A stretch of DNA of 64,000 nt, taken from contig OY729428.2 of NCBI GenBank assembly GCA_963422375.2, positions 1,376,001 to 1,440,000 of the forward strand, read 5' to 3'. This document shows positions 30,445-40,497 of the stretch, piece after piece. The stretch's first letter is position 1. Every line of letters begins with the position of its first letter. The DNA is from Bryobacterales bacterium. GTDB lineage: Bacteria > Acidobacteriota > Terriglobia > Bryobacterales > UBA6623. A model generated the notes under the pieces. The model did no database searches and was not told where the DNA came from. It saw only the letters and a program-made list of their open reading frames with translations. Position numbers and translations under genes: made by a program.

Positions 30445-31893
30445 GGGAATTATATATCTGAGTGCCGACGACGCCATATCCGGCTAGAACTGCTCTGATT
30501 GGGGACGTCGGCGTCTAGCTCGGGTCTTTCGTGTGCAGCCGAGGTGGGCACCGAAAGGTCGGTTCGTATCTGAATCGCTCCTGCAAGCGGATTTCGCGGC
30601 CCACGGACTGGAGAGGCCGCCTCGGGCGCCCCGGTGGAACCCGGATTGCCGTGGAGAGGCTCCCCTTCCAAGGCGGCTGCATCTATGAATTGTCCGGACT
30701 GGACACCGGTCGCGGCGCGGGATTCCGGATCCGGAGCGCCCTTCGCACCGAGCGTGAAGAGAGGCCGCGGCGGACCGGCCAGGCCGTGCTCGGGCCGCGA
30801 CCGCGGCCTTGCCGACCAGTTGCCGGTAGGTCAGCGTCCGGCCGACCGGGCCCCGCGCCATGCGCCGCATCCGTTCCGCCGTGTCGCAGTTGCGGGCGTT
30901 GCGCCGTCCCGCGAACTCCGTGAGGTAGCGGCCCGAATGTTGGACGCTCATCCGGTGATAGGTTCCGTAGAGGCCGCGCTTGAACAGGGACCGGAACGAC
31001 TCGATGCCGTTCGCATGCGCTGTCCCGCGCACGTACTCGCCGCCGGAGTGCTTGACGCCCTCGTGCGGGAACTGCGCCATGCCGGCCCAGACCGCCGCCT
31101 CGTCGGAGCGGACCTGCGCGCCCGGCGCGACCCGGCCGCGCACGAAGCCCTGCAGGTCGCCCTCGGTCGTGCCCGGCAGCGGCCGGGCGGCCACTTCGTT
31201 CGTGGCGCGGTCCCGCGCGCCCGCCACCGAGGTCTTGCCGATGGGCCCGCGCCCGGCACGGGCCTTCTTGCTCTCGTGCTTGTTGCGCTCCTTGCCGCCG
31301 ACGTAGGTCTCGTCCACTTCCACCGGGCCGACGAACAGGTCCCGGTCCCGCTCCCGGCAAGCGCGGATGCGGTGCGCCAGGTGCCAGGCCGACTTCCGGC
31401 TGATGCCCGGGTCGCGGTGCAGCTTCATGCTGGAGACGCCCTTGATGCCGGTGGTCAGCAGGAACAGGGCGACGGCCCGGGTGCGGTAGCCGAGCTTGGT
31501 GTCGGCCATCACGCTGCCGGTGCGCACGGAAAAGCGCTTGCCGCAGCCGCGGCAACGGTACGGCATCGAAGGGTGGGCCGCGTCGGACTGCACGCTGGAG
31601 CCGCGGCAGCGGGGGCACGCGGGACCGTCCGGCCAGCGCATGGAGGCGAACCACTTTTCCGCGGATTCGTCATCGGGGAACATGGCGATCACTTCGATCA
31701 AGGTGATGCCTTTACGAAACGACTTCCCGGGATCTTTCTGCTTCTCCTTCTTCAAAGAAGACCTCCTATATTGGAACTATTCTATCAAGAAACTCCACAG
31801 ACTTTCAACAGATAAACGGAAGAAATATCAAATTGATTTATGGATTGATAATTTGCCAAATAGGTTGCCTCGGCACTCAGATATATAATTCCC
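30445..31893 (-). mobile_element. IS1595 family, ISNwi1-like group
   Basis: Perfect 24-bp TIR GGGAATTATATATCTGAGTGCCGA; transposase inside. Confidence 0.92.
30484..31755 (-). pseudogene. IS1595 transposase with degenerate substitutions and lost stop codon
   Basis: Zn ribbon CPRC..CRGC, VEVDETYVGG, NGIESF; TGA of the partial copy (48665-48667) reads CGA here, extending the ORF; several W>R and L>P changes. Confidence 0.8.
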
Positions 31894-31990
31894 AAGAGAA
31901 TCCGTCAAGCTCAGGCTAGGCCGCGCCAACAACGGGGCCGGACCCGTCTGGCGAGTTCACGGACAGTACAAGTCTTTCCAACCCAGCAGG

Positions 31991-32989
31991 TCAAGCGGTC
32001 CTGCTGGCCGGCGCGTCCGGCAGTGTCCGAGACCGATGCACTGAGAGGCCACCGACTGCATGGAGCAGGGCCTCCCCGGCAAGTCCCAGATTCAGATTCT
32101 CGACGGAGATCTGCGCCATCTTCCAGCGTGTCTCGACCGTGGCGCTGCCCAAGTGAGGCAGGATCGTCACGTTGTCCAGATTCAGCAGCGGATGGTCTCT
32201 CGGGAGCGGCTCGGGGTCCGTCACATCCAAGCCGGCAGCGGCGATTTCGCCGGCCCTCAACGCCTCGCAGAGCGCATCCGTGTCCACCACCGGCCCGCGA
32301 GCGATGTTGATCAGCGTCGCTGTGGGCCTCATCTTCCGCAGCGCCTCGGCGTTGATCAGGTGCCGAGTCTCCACGGTAAGCGGGCACGTGAGCACTACGT
32401 AGTCGGACCGCCCGAGCAGCTCGTCCAGCGCGACGCATCGCACGCCTAGCTCTTTCTCGTCCGCAGGGCGGCGCCGCCGGTTGCAGTAGAGCACGCGCAT
32501 GTCGAATCCAAACGCCCTCCGGGCGACCTGGCGCCCTATGTTGCCGAGCCCGATGATGCCCAGCGTGCTCGAGTGCGCCTCCCGGCCGAGCATGTAGCCC
32601 GGGTCGTACCGCAGGAAGTCCGGCGAGCGCGCGTAGCGGTCCCCCTCGACCACGCGCCGCGCCGCCGCCAGCAGCAGGGCGAATCCGGCGTCCGCCGTCG
32701 CGCCGTCTAGGATTCTCGGGGTGTTGCCGACGGGCACGCCTCGCGCTGTGGCGTCCGGCACGACGATGTGGTCGACTCCGACGCCGTAGTTGCTGATCAC
32801 CCGGACGCCCGGCAGCCGGTCGAGCATCGCCCCGTCGACCCTCGGGTGTCCGTAGGTGTAGATGCCGTCCACGGGCTCTTGCCAGCGCTCCGTCGCTGCT
32901 CTCCACGGCAGGAACTCGATACCGGGACCGGCGAGCTCGAGCACCGTCGAGTCCAGCGGTCCGTCCGCGATGACCCTGTAGGTTGCCAT
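31991..32989 (-). CDS. D-isomer 2-hydroxyacid dehydrogenase (glyoxylate reductase-like)
   Basis: GVGVDHI, GIIGLGNIG, INIARG, AGLDVTDPEP, LPHLGSAT. Confidence 0.95.
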   Translation of the reverse strand: MATYRVIADGPLDSTVLELAGPGIEFLPWRAATERWQEPVDGIYTYGHPRVDGAMLDRLPGVRVISNYGVGVDHIVVPDATARGVPVGNTPRILDGATADAGFALLLAAARRVVEGDRYARSPDFLRYDPGYMLGREAHSSTLGIIGLGNIGRQVARRAFGFDMRVLYCNRRRRPADEKELGVRCVALDELLGRSDYVVLTCPLTVETRHLINAEALRKMRPTATLINIARGPVVDTDALCEALRAGEIAAAGLDVTDPEPLPRDHPLLNLDNVTILPHLGSATVETRWKMAQISVENLNLGLAGEALLHAVGGLSVHRSRTLPDAPASRTA

Positions 32990-33014
32990 CTGCCTCGCTG
33001 CCTCGGCGCGCCGT

Positions 33015-33992
33015 TCAAGCCCGCTGCCAGCGGGCGATTCCGTCGATCTCGACCTTTTCGACGCTCCGCCCGAGAGCCATGTACTCCAAGTGAGACAGGG
33101 ATTCCGACATCGCGAAGCGCCGGTCGAGCAGGCTGCGGTCCTCGCCCCATACAGTGCCCGCGATCTCGTACGCGTTGCGCGGAGCGCTGTCGATGGCGTC
33201 GAGAATCGTCTGGCACCTCCGCCGGTGATGGCTGCGGGTGTTGCGAATCCATTCGCGATGCCCCTCGAAAGGCCGCCCGTGCGACGGGACCACCCTGTCG
33301 ATGTCGAGCCTCTCGAGCCTCTCGAGCGACTGCAGGTAGTCGCCCAGCGGGTCGCCTTGGTAGAACCAATGGACTCCGATGTGCGGCGTCACGCGCGGCA
33401 GGATGGCGTCGGTGGAGAACAGCACGCGCCGATCCGGCCAGTGGAAGCACACCAGCGCGGGGGAATGGCCGGGCGCGGCGACCGCCTCGAGGCTGCCGCC
33501 TTCGAACGCGACGCGCTCCCCGGGGGTGATGACGCCGTCCACCACCAAACGCTCGAATGCCCCCTTGCCCGCCTCGGACTGCCGACGCATCGTCTCCACG
33601 CGCTCGACCGGCATGCCGTGGTACCCGAGGAAGGCGGCCGTCTCGCCGAAGTACTGACGCATCGGTCCGAGCGGCTTCACGAGCTCCGCTTCTAGGGCCG
33701 GCATCCTGACCGGCGCTCCGGAGCGCCTCCGAATCTCGGCCGCCGCTCCGACGTGGTCGGGATGCAGGTGGCTCACTAGGATTTCGGTGATATCGCGCCA
33801 GCTCGCGCCGAGGCTGCGCAGAGCCGCCTCCAGCGAGTCCAGCGACTCGTCGGACCGGATGCCGGTGTCCAGCAGCACCAGACCCCGCCCGCGCCGGAAC
33901 AGGAAGGCGTTGACGCTGACCAGATCCCACGGCAGCGGCAACCGCACCTGCCACGCCCCGTCGGCGACCGGCCACACCTTCGGCGCTGGCAT
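33015..33992 (-). CDS. MBL-fold metallo-hydrolase
   Basis: LDTG, SHLHPDHVG, PGHSP, TDAIL, PSHG; start MPAPKVW at 33992. Confidence 0.92.
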   Translation of the reverse strand: MPAPKVWPVADGAWQVRLPLPWDLVSVNAFLFRRGRGLVLLDTGIRSDESLDSLEAALRSLGASWRDITEILVSHLHPDHVGAAAEIRRRSGAPVRMPALEAELVKPLGPMRQYFGETAAFLGYHGMPVERVETMRRQSEAGKGAFERLVVDGVITPGERVAFEGGSLEAVAAPGHSPALVCFHWPDRRVLFSTDAILPRVTPHIGVHWFYQGDPLGDYLQSLERLERLDIDRVVPSHGRPFEGHREWIRNTRSHHRRRCQTILDAIDSAPRNAYEIAGTVWGEDRSLLDRRFAMSESLSHLEYMALGRSVEKVEIDGIARWQRA

Positions 33993-34100
33993 TCGGGGGG
34001 GCAACGTGTCGTGCGAACCGTCGGGCGCCGGACGCTCTCCCATTTTACCTACGGGCAGGCGGCGCCATCCTGATACGCTGATTGCAAGCCCGGGTACGGA

Positions 34101-35219
34101 ATGCGGTCGCTCGTGAAGCTGCTGGCATGCGTCCTGTTTGCAACGGCCGTGGCGTGGCCAGCCTCGCAGGGCGCGGCCGAGACCCTCCGGTGCAAGGACG
34201 AGAAGGTCGGGCCCTTTCTCGACTTCGAGTACCGTTTCGTGCTGGGCTCGCTGTTTTCCCTCCCGGTCAGGCAGTTCTGGGGGACCCAAGTCGAACTGGA
34301 CGTCGACATCCTCGTCGAGCCCGTAAACGGGACGCCCGGCGACGCAGCGAGAGTGGCGGACAGATTCCGAGCCCGGCGGCCGGTGCCCGAGGGAACCAAG
34401 GGCGAAGTGTACTTCAGCAGCGCCGTCTCGACGGGAGCAGGACAGTATCGGGCCTCTTGGCGCATCGCGGACACCGAGGGTCGCTGGTGTGAGGGCTCGC
34501 GGCTGTTCAAGGCCGCACTGACGCGAAGGGACCGATCGGTCGAGGTGACCCTGCCTCCCGGAGAGATCGTGGATGCCGGCGTGTATCTATTCCAGCCGGA
34601 GCGCAAGCTCCCGCGACCGCACCTGCGGTCGCCCCGCCGGATGAAGGTGTTCGTCAGCATGGACGTAATGGGGCGTCGCGGCCGCATCGTCAGGACCAGG
34701 CTGGGTCATGTCATGCCGCTCTTCTCTGCGTTGCGCCAGCTGGTTCGGAGCCCCAGCTTCAACGAATTCTCGTTGGTTGTCTTCAGCTTCGAGGACCAGG
34801 AGGTCCTGTTCCGGCACGACTACCGGGACACCCTCGACTTCGAGGGGCTGAGCGGGGTGCTCAAGCGCCTCAAGCCGAGCACCGTGGACTTGCAGGATCT
34901 GATGCGGGGCAGCGAGGTTCGCTTCTTCGAGAGCATGGTCACAATGGAGCTGCTTCACGCCGAGCAGCCCGAGGCCGTCGTGTTCCTTGGACGCGAAATG
35001 CAGTTCGGCAAGCGGATTTCGGACTTGACCCTCGAGCGCGTCCGCCAGCTAGGTGCCTCGTTCGCCTTCTTGGACGCCTCGCGCTTCGCCTGGCGGGGTG
35101 TCATCGGCAGCCTAGTGCGCGCGATGAGCGGCCGCGAGCACGTCCTGCGACGGCCGGCGGACGTCGCCAAGGCGATGGAAGCGTTCGAGCGCCGTGTTCT
35201 TGGCGCGAGGCCCGAGTAG
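34101..35219 (+). CDS. Secreted hypothetical protein
   Basis: 372-aa ORF with signal peptide and GC3-biased codons; no motif recognised. Confidence 0.7.
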   Translation: MRSLVKLLACVLFATAVAWPASQGAAETLRCKDEKVGPFLDFEYRFVLGSLFSLPVRQFWGTQVELDVDILVEPVNGTPGDAARVADRFRARRPVPEGTKGEVYFSSAVSTGAGQYRASWRIADTEGRWCEGSRLFKAALTRRDRSVEVTLPPGEIVDAGVYLFQPERKLPRPHLRSPRRMKVFVSMDVMGRRGRIVRTRLGHVMPLFSALRQLVRSPSFNEFSLVVFSFEDQEVLFRHDYRDTLDFEGLSGVLKRLKPSTVDLQDLMRGSEVRFFESMVTMELLHAEQPEAVVFLGREMQFGKRISDLTLERVRQLGASFAFLDASRFAWRGVIGSLVRAMSGREHVLRRPADVAKAMEAFERRVLGARPE

Positions 35220-35320
35220 GACGGCATGCATATGCGCGGGCGCTACCGTCGGGCTAGCAGAGGACAGTCGGCGTGGCCCGGAGCGGTGTGTCGGCGTCTT
35301 CCGGCCTGGAGGTCGCGCCG

Positions 35321-38300
35321 GTGAAGCGGCTCGGACGCCGCGAGTTCCTGGCAGCACTGGCAGCGGGCGGCGCGTTCCGGCCCGGCCCGCTCGCCTTGTC
35401 CGAGGAGTTCCCCGTCCGCTTTCGCCAAGTCGGCCGGTGCGCCGACCTGCGCAGGCTGGTCGATCCTGCCGAGGACCGCTTCAAGCTCGAGACGCGGGGT
35501 GTAGAGATCGAGCGCGCGCTCGCGTCGATGCTCGCGGAGCGGTCCCTCCCGCTCGCGGCGGGCCTAGCCGGGACATCCCCGATGCCCGAGCGGTACGACG
35601 GCGACGGCTCGCTCCGCCGGGCACGCTTCGGGGACGGGGCGGAGGGCTTCGCCGCTGGCCTGACTCGCTGGACCGCCTCCTTGGGAGATGTGCGCCGGGC
35701 GGAGTTTCGCGCTCTGCCGGAAGACATCGTGCGCTTCGAGCTGGCGTCCGTGACCGACGCGGGCTTGGAGCACCGGGTTGGCCGGTGGCGGATGCGGTGG
35801 GACCAGGGGCGGCTCGATGCCTTCGAACCGCTGGAGGAGACCGTCGCTAGGGCGTCGGCGCCGCTATTCGCCGACGCAACGGGCGAACTATTCGGGGATG
35901 TTCCGAGCTTCCGGGAGCAGCTGGCCCGCGGCGTGCCGTACTGGCGGTCGAGGCTCGACAGCGCGGCCGGCATCGGCGTCTACGGCAACCAAGGCGTCGC
36001 GGTCGGGGACATCGACGGCGACGGCTGGGACGAGCTCTACGTGTGCCAGCCCGGCGGCCTGCCCAACCGCCTCTACAGCCGGCGGGAGAGCGGATCTTGG
36101 GAGGACGTCACCGCCGCCGCCGGGGTGGCGCTCCTAGACGACACCGCCCAGGCCCTCTTTCTCGACCTGCGAAACGTCGGAATTCAGGACCTAGTCGTGC
36201 TGACCGCAGGCGGACCCCTGCTGTTCATCAACGACGGCACGGGGCGGTTCCGGCATCGCCCCGGCGCGTTCGAGTTCGCCAACGACGCGAAGGGCGCCTT
36301 CGCGGGCATGGCCTCCGCGGACTACGACCGCGACGGTCGGCTGGATCTGTACCTCTGCTCCTACCTCTACTTTCAGAGCGAGGACCAGTACCGCTATCCG
36401 TCCCCCTATCACGACGCACGCAACGGCCCGCCGAACTTCCTTTTCCGCAACGAGCTGGGACCCGACGGGGAGGGCAGCTTCCGAGACGTGACCGAAGAGG
36501 CCGGATTCGGCGAGAACAACGACCGCTACAGCTTTGCAGCTGCGTGGTGCGACTACGACGAAGACGGCTGGCCCGAGCTCTACGTCGCGAACGACTTCGG
36601 ACGAAACAATCTCTACAAGTTCGAGGGCGGCCGCTTCCGGGACATCGCCGGTCGCACGGTCCTCCATGACGTCGGCCCGGGGATGAGCGCCGCTTGGTTC
36701 GACTACGATCGCGACGGTCGGCTGGACCTCTATGTCACCAACATGTGGACGGCCGCCGGCCAGCGCGTGTCCCGTGACCCAGAGTTCCGCCCTGTCAGGG
36801 GCGGAGCATCTCGCTCCGACTATCGCGGCCACACGAAAGGCAATTCTCTCTATCGCAACCGCGGTGACGGGGCCTTCGATTACCAAGGCGCGCGCGAGGG
36901 AGTGGAGATGGGGCGCTGGTCGTGGTCCGGCGACGGGTTCGACTTCGACTTGGACGGTGTGCCGGAAATCTTTGTCACGGCAGGCATGATCACCCATTCC
37001 CCGGACAAGGACCTGTGCAGCTTCTTCTGGCGGCAGGTCGTGGCGCAATCGCCCGGGGAGGAGAAGCCGGCACCGGACTACGAGGAGGGCTGGAACTGCC
37101 TGAACCAGATGGTGCGCGAGGACTTCAGCTGGAACGGCAGCGAGCCCAACGTCTTCTACGTGCGACGGGACGGCCGCTACCGGGACTTCTCGGGCGTCTC
37201 GGGCCTGGACCGGGCGCTCGACAGCCGTGCGTTCGCGGTCACCGACTTCGACGGCGACGGTCGGCCGGACCTGTTCCTGAAGAGCAGGCTGGGCCCGCAG
37301 CTGATGGCGTTCCGCAACCAGTCCGCGGAGGGCCGCGCGCCCTTGGTCATCGAACTGGAGGGAACGCGCTCCAACCGCGACGCGGTCGGGGCGATCGTGC
37401 GAGTCTCGACGGAGGACGGCATCTCGGCCCAGTCGCTCTCCGCCGGCTCGGGCTATATCTCGCAGCACACCAAGCGGCTGCATTTCGGACTCGGAGAGCG
37501 GACGCGGGCCGCTGCCGCGACGGTGCTGTGGCCGTCCGGGGCGAGGCAGGAGTTCAAGGGGTTTGAGGCCGGATACCGCTACCGAATCCGCGAGGGCGAC
37601 GACAGTCCGGGGCGGCAACCCATCAATCAGCCCTTGCGGCTGCGAGGGGCCCGGGCGGCCGTCGTCGCGGACAACAGCCTAGGCTTTGAGCCCACTTGGT
37701 TGCTGGTTCCCGTGCCGTTGCCGGAACCTGCCGATCCCGGGCTGCTCTTCCTAGTTGACCGGGAGGTCCCCGACATCCCGGCAGGCGTCCCGCACAGGGT
37801 GATTGACCTCGGATCCTCTCCGCCCGAGCGCGCCGCGGCCTTCGCCATATTCCGCAGGTATCTCTTCGACTACCGTGCCGACCTCAGCCTGCCGATGACC
37901 CTCCTGGTCGGCGTCGGCAGCCGCGCCGTGAAGGTCTACCCCGGGCTGCCCTCGCAATTGGAAATGCGGCGCGACACCGAGCAGGTCCTGAGCCGTGTTT
38001 CGCCCCGCCGGGCCTTGCCTTTCGAGGGAACCTACTACGGCAAGCCTCGCAGGAACCACTTCCGCATGGGAGCCGCGTTCATGCATGCCGGCTACCCCGT
38101 TCTGGCTCTGCCGTACCTGCGCGAGGCGGCCATGTCCCAACGGGGCAACTTCAAGGCCTGGCTGACGGTCGGTCAGGTCGAACTGCAGGCGGGCAATCTC
38201 GAGGAAGCCGAGGGTGCCTTGGGGCGGGCTGCCGCTCTGGATTCCGATTCGCCGCAGCTCTTGAACAACCTAGGCGGCTTGGCCATGGCCCGCGAGGACT

Positions 38301-38803
38301 TCCAGGGCGCGCTCGAGCACTTCAAGCGGGCGCTCGCGATCAGCGGGGATCTGCCTTATGCGCTGGTCAATGCCGCCCAGGCCCACGGTCGCCTAGGCAA
38401 CGAAGTCGAGGCGGAGAGCCTGCTGCGACGCGCCTTGGATGTGGCGCCGTCGGATGCCGACGCGGCGAACAAGCTTGGCCTTATCCGTGCCAGGCAGGGC
38501 AGTCTGGACGAGGCCCGGCGGCTGTTCCAGCAGGCGATCGAGAACCAGCGGGATCACGTGGAGGCGATCAACAACCTCGCGGTCCTATACATCCGAACCA
38601 GTCAGGTGCGCGACGCTATCGCCGCGTTCCTCTATGGCATCGAGCAGGTCCCTGATTTCGAGGCGTTCTACATGAACTTAGCGCGCGTCCACGCGGATCT
38701 CGGGGACTACACGCGTTCGAGGGAGGTGCTGCGTCGACTCTTGGAGCGCAGGCCTGAACACGAGGCGGCTCGCCGGGCACTGCTGCAGCTGCAGGGGCGC
38801 TAG
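35321..38803 (+). CDS. FG-GAP + ASPIC/UnbV + TPR protein (CRTAC1-like), Tat-like signal
   Basis: GRREFLAAL; repeated DYDRDGRLDL; SNRDAVGA..GYISQ..LHFGLG..WPSG; C-terminal TPRs; start uncertain. Confidence 0.92.
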   Translation: MKRLGRREFLAALAAGGAFRPGPLALSEEFPVRFRQVGRCADLRRLVDPAEDRFKLETRGVEIERALASMLAERSLPLAAGLAGTSPMPERYDGDGSLRRARFGDGAEGFAAGLTRWTASLGDVRRAEFRALPEDIVRFELASVTDAGLEHRVGRWRMRWDQGRLDAFEPLEETVARASAPLFADATGELFGDVPSFREQLARGVPYWRSRLDSAAGIGVYGNQGVAVGDIDGDGWDELYVCQPGGLPNRLYSRRESGSWEDVTAAAGVALLDDTAQALFLDLRNVGIQDLVVLTAGGPLLFINDGTGRFRHRPGAFEFANDAKGAFAGMASADYDRDGRLDLYLCSYLYFQSEDQYRYPSPYHDARNGPPNFLFRNELGPDGEGSFRDVTEEAGFGENNDRYSFAAAWCDYDEDGWPELYVANDFGRNNLYKFEGGRFRDIAGRTVLHDVGPGMSAAWFDYDRDGRLDLYVTNMWTAAGQRVSRDPEFRPVRGGASRSDYRGHTKGNSLYRNRGDGAFDYQGAREGVEMGRWSWSGDGFDFDLDGVPEIFVTAGMITHSPDKDLCSFFWRQVVAQSPGEEKPAPDYEEGWNCLNQMVREDFSWNGSEPNVFYVRRDGRYRDFSGVSGLDRALDSRAFAVTDFDGDGRPDLFLKSRLGPQLMAFRNQSAEGRAPLVIELEGTRSNRDAVGAIVRVSTEDGISAQSLSAGSGYISQHTKRLHFGLGERTRAAAATVLWPSGARQEFKGFEAGYRYRIREGDDSPGRQPINQPLRLRGARAAVVADNSLGFEPTWLLVPVPLPEPADPGLLFLVDREVPDIPAGVPHRVIDLGSSPPERAAAFAIFRRYLFDYRADLSLPMTLLVGVGSRAVKVYPGLPSQLEMRRDTEQVLSRVSPRRALPFEGTYYGKPRRNHFRMGAAFMHAGYPVLALPYLREAAMSQRGNFKAWLTVGQVELQAGNLEEAEGALGRAAALDSDSPQLLNNLGGLAMAREDFQGALEHFKRALAISGDLPYALVNAAQAHGRLGNEVEAESLLRRALDVAPSDADAANKLGLIRARQGSLDEARRLFQQAIENQRDHVEAINNLAVLYIRTSQVRDAIAAFLYGIEQVPDFEAFYMNLARVHADLGDYTRSREVLRRLLERRPEHEAARRALLQLQGR

Positions 38804-39363
38804 CTCCTATTCGTTCACTTCGCTGTGCAAGGACGCTGCATTCCGGCTGGTGCTAGTCCCTCCCGGCTTGCTGTCGTTCCAGACCGAAGCAGTCGCAGCG
38901 GCCCAGCGACGTGATACAACGCGTCACTTCGTCGGGACGCACATGGCGCATCCGGACCTCGCTCGGCTGCACCGGCCTCGCGAGCACTGCTCGCGCAATC
39001 GCGGATTTGACCCGAACCGTCCAGTCCTAGCGTCAAGAAATCGCGAATCCCTGCAGATCGACGCTGCCACCTCGGCATCGTCTACCTTCGCATTGAGTTG
39101 TGCCCCCTCGGGCGAGGCATTCGCCGCGACGTTCGGCGCGGCCGCAAGGATATCCGCCATGCCGCCGCTAACCGATCTGGCCCCATCGGGATTCTAGAGG
39201 CACCGAGCGCTGCTTGCGGGCGGGATCATCGGATCCCGAGCGCCGTACGGCGCTGGGCCAAGGGCGATCGAACCAACGAGGCCGGGCGCTGCCAAGCCGA
39301 GGCCAGCGATCGCGATCCGGGCGAGGAACTGCGGGCGGGGATGGGACCGCGAGGAATGAACCC

Positions 39364-39561
39364 CTGCCTAAGGTCCGCGAAGTCATTCGCTTGGTCAAGC
39401 AGGATAGTGGGTCGCTGGTGAGTCTCGAGGGGAGCCATCGTTAGTACAAGCACTCGGACAAGTTCGGAGCCGTGCCTGTTGCCGGCAAGCTAACCGACGC
39501 AGTGCCGCTGGCGACTTGGTCCCGCATGACGAGGCAAGCCCGGCCGAGGGGGGCTGTACTG
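39364..39561 (+). pseudogene. hicA: HicA toxin pseudogene
   Basis: KVREVIRLVKQD..EGSHR*YKHSDK.GAVPVAGK; TAG at 39442 replaces the Q of GSHRQYKH. Confidence 0.75.
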
Positions 39562-39782
39562 ATGAGATACCCCGTCGTCATCGAGAGATCGCCGCGAATC
39601 TACGAGGCCTACGTACCCGACCTGCCGGGATGTATTGCATCTGACGCTTCGAAGACCGAGTTGACACGCGCAATCAGCGAGGCCATCCGGCTTCACGTCG
39701 AGAGTATGCTGATCACAATGAGCCAGTGCCGGAATCCAGATCGACGGCGGCTGTCGTCGACGTGTCCGCTCGTGCCGAATGA
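39562..39782 (+). pseudogene. hicB: HicB antitoxin, frameshifted near 39710
   Basis: MRYPVVIERS..AYVPDLPGCIA..ISEAIRLHVESM; continues in another frame as DHNEPVPESRS..VDV. Confidence 0.8.
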
Positions 39783-40497
39783 CCGGCGATGCCCAGCGGA
39801 GATGCATTGCGCCTGTTTGAGGGCCGGGCCCGTGCTCGCGCCTAGCCGGTATTCTCGCGGCTAGTGGCCCGTCGCTTGCGGAGTCAGGCGGTGGCGCGAA
39901 GAGTAGCTGGGAGGTGCGGCGGTGCCTTGAGGCGAATCGCGCGAGAACTCTGGAAACTTCCGCCCGCGAACTTACGAGTGCCAGTGTTGTCTCGGTCGTT
40001 TGTGAATCCGGACCTAGCGGCGAGCTGATTCGCTGGAATGCCCCGAGATCACGCGCTTGCCCTCGCCGCGCCGGACTGTGTTCTCGCTCATCCCGGCAGG
40101 TGGCAGAGATGGATGTCCCAGCGTGCTCAGCGCGTCGGTCAGGGTGTTGTTCTGCTAGCTCGGCATTGGGTGTTCTTGCGGGCCGGCGCTTGGGTTCGAT
40201 CTGATTCCAGATCCAGTCGAGCAGTGGTCGGGCCTCGCTCGCTGACCGGTGCGCCACGGCACCTCGGACTGCAGTGAGTGCATGGTCCAAGGCGACGCGG
40301 TCACCCATGCGACACTGTTCCGCTCCGAAGCTGCTCCGAGGAGTCTCAACGCAATGGAATCAACGCCCTAGATGTGCGCCTCTTGAGAAAAGTCGATCCT
40401 CGGGTTCCGAGATCCTGCCTCATCGGATCGTCTAGAATTCAAGAGTGCCCTTGAAGCGGCAGCGGTCCTTCGGCGCTCGCGGCATCTCAGATTCATC

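Noticed and set aside
30437..31901. TSD for the ISNwi1-like element
   Set aside because: Flanks TATTGAAT vs AAGAGAAT match at only 5 of 8 positions
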